Shown in pieces: positions 62,222-64,000 of a stretch of 64,000 bases of DNA; within the stretch, counting starts at the first letter, position 1; every line of letters begins with the position of its first letter. The stretch is taken from the NCBI GenBank assembly GCA_043228905.1, contig JBHGNT010000001.1:27900001-27964000 (forward strand). Direction: 5' to 3'. The DNA comes from Azolla caroliniana (taxonomy: Eukaryota > Plantae > Polypodiophyta). Made by a program: the position numbers and the translations under genes. Under the pieces are notes generated by a model, which had not been told where the DNA came from, ran no database searches, and worked only from the letters and a program-made list of their open reading frames with translations.

Positions 62222-64000
62222 GTAAGGTCTCTGCCATTGTCTCTTCCTTAGCGTCGTAGTTCGTTTTTTCTTTATCCGTTGTCATCCATTTATTCTCTGT
62301 TTGTTTGTTTTTGAATCGATTTTCTTGTTCATGCTTTTTTTTCCCCTCCGAGCTTCGTTGTCTCTTTTTGTTGGCTTCTTGACTCACCACCTCATCTTCA
62401 AAGAAAAAAGATAAATTGATTGATTTTACGGTTCACTTTATGTATGATTGTTTGCTTATGACATAGATATGGCTTCTGCCCTTGGTAGCTTTTACGAGGA
62501 CAACTTAGCACCATAGTTCCTTCTGTATGCACAAAAAACCGAATCTTGCAACATTGCATAGGCCAGCTTAGACCAATCCTTACATTTCATGGCCATTAGT
62601 TGCAAATATATTATACGATTTTGACCCTTTTCTTAGCCTGCAAATCAAAATGCTCTAGTGTGAGGATCACTGGAAAGACATTAAAACTTTGGTTTCTTTA
62701 CATTTAGAAATATTTGATCTTACAAAGATGTGTAGGACTTACATCAATACGCTAAGCTGTTCTAGATTTCATCACAATATATTAAAATATTTACTTAATA
62801 AGATGTGCATTCTCATTGCGTAATTAGCTTAAGCAGGATACTATAATTTTTATTATTAAGTTTTGTATTCAGTTCCGTGCTTCATTCTTCTAAGTAGAGA
62901 TCTTATAAAATATTCATTTATTTGTGTATTCAACCTCCTTTTGACAATGCAAAAGGAATCTTCCTTCAAGCTTGCATAACGAGTTGAGAGGTTTCTCAAT
63001 ACTTTAGCATTTAGATTAAGAAGAGGAGCATCAATATCTGTATCAAGAAGAGAAATGCAAAAGAAATGTGCATACAAGATGAGTTCATGGATTTTATTAA
63101 ATACTGTAGATAATTTGTAAGATTCGCAGGCCAGAAATTTGTAGAGAAAATGATCACAATCTCACACATTATTCTAAGGTCAACCTATAAAATCCCAAAT
63201 AATCTAGGGTTTTAAAGCCCTTTTACACAATCCTATTACTTGACACTTTCACTCTGGAAATGAGAAAGAATGTAGATATGTCCATTATCTAGGCATCTAA
63301 TATTTAGAGCTGAGATGGATCTGATTTTGTCATCCTGTTTGCTTGAGTCATGCCTACTCTTAGACACCATCACTTTGTTTTTATACAAGTTTATGGACCA
63401 ATCTCTATCTGTACAGTATACATTAAAGCATCTTGATGTTTATGAAGTAAATGTGAAAAGTTAGAAATAGCACAGGTCATCACTATATACTCAAGAGTTC
63501 TTCTGAATGACTGGGCATAAAGGGCATGTAGGCAGTGAATCAGGTTGAAAGTCAAAGGCACCCACTCAACTGGTGGAATGCTTTCAAAACTAGTTTTTTT
63601 GAGTGGAACAGAGGTGATTGAATGTTCATTTAATGTGTAGTGCATGTATGATTTAGCTAAAGTAACCAATAAATATGTTCCTGACATCCATCACTACATG
63701 CATGATCTCTGTATACTCATATTCTTAAATTGTGATAAATTTTAATGTTGGACTATACAAAATAATTGGGAGTAAATTTGCTAGTGACGAAGAGTTTATT
63801 AGATCATTTGTAGCCATTTGATGTACAAGTATTTGTTTATCTATTCAATTATCCATTTGTCTCTATCGATAATTCAATGCATGTTTTTGAAAAGCCATTT
63901 CTCTCAGTTCTGACAGATCAACCTTCTCCTACTCTATAACAATCTTGTGTTTTATGAGCATGGTAGTTGAAAAATCTGTGCACCTTGAGATAAACCTTTC

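Overview
Land-plant nuclear DNA, probably a non-seed plant such as a fern (inferred from the TE types and the long TE-filled introns). Positions 1-16.2 kb are a five-deep nest of Ty3/Gypsy elements (tRNA-Trp PBS families inside a chromovirus-like host) with solo LTRs and hAT MITEs. Host genes: a complete 7-exon STAR/KH RNA-binding gene (-), a CGI-58/ABHD5-like hydrolase that looks pseudogenised (-), a complete 11-exon MINPP1-like histidine phosphatase (+), and exon 1 of TRAPPC5/TRS31 (+). The 15-kb first intron of the CGI-58-like gene holds a Copia element split at one CCGT site by a ~9-kb unit (37965-46949). This unit has TGTCGTGA...TCACAACA ends, a 4-bp CCGT duplication and no LTR pair. It carries the intron-containing 5' half of a chloroplast-type DnaJ gene, plus a solo LTR and an intact LINE. 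Its termini and CCGT target are shared with Gypsy LTRs elsewhere in the window and, approximately, with an 83-bp mini element (ACGT target). This suggests a Ginger/GingerRoot-like, integrase-mobilised gene-capturing system, which is the main candidate novelty. All calls were made by eye; no database searches were run.
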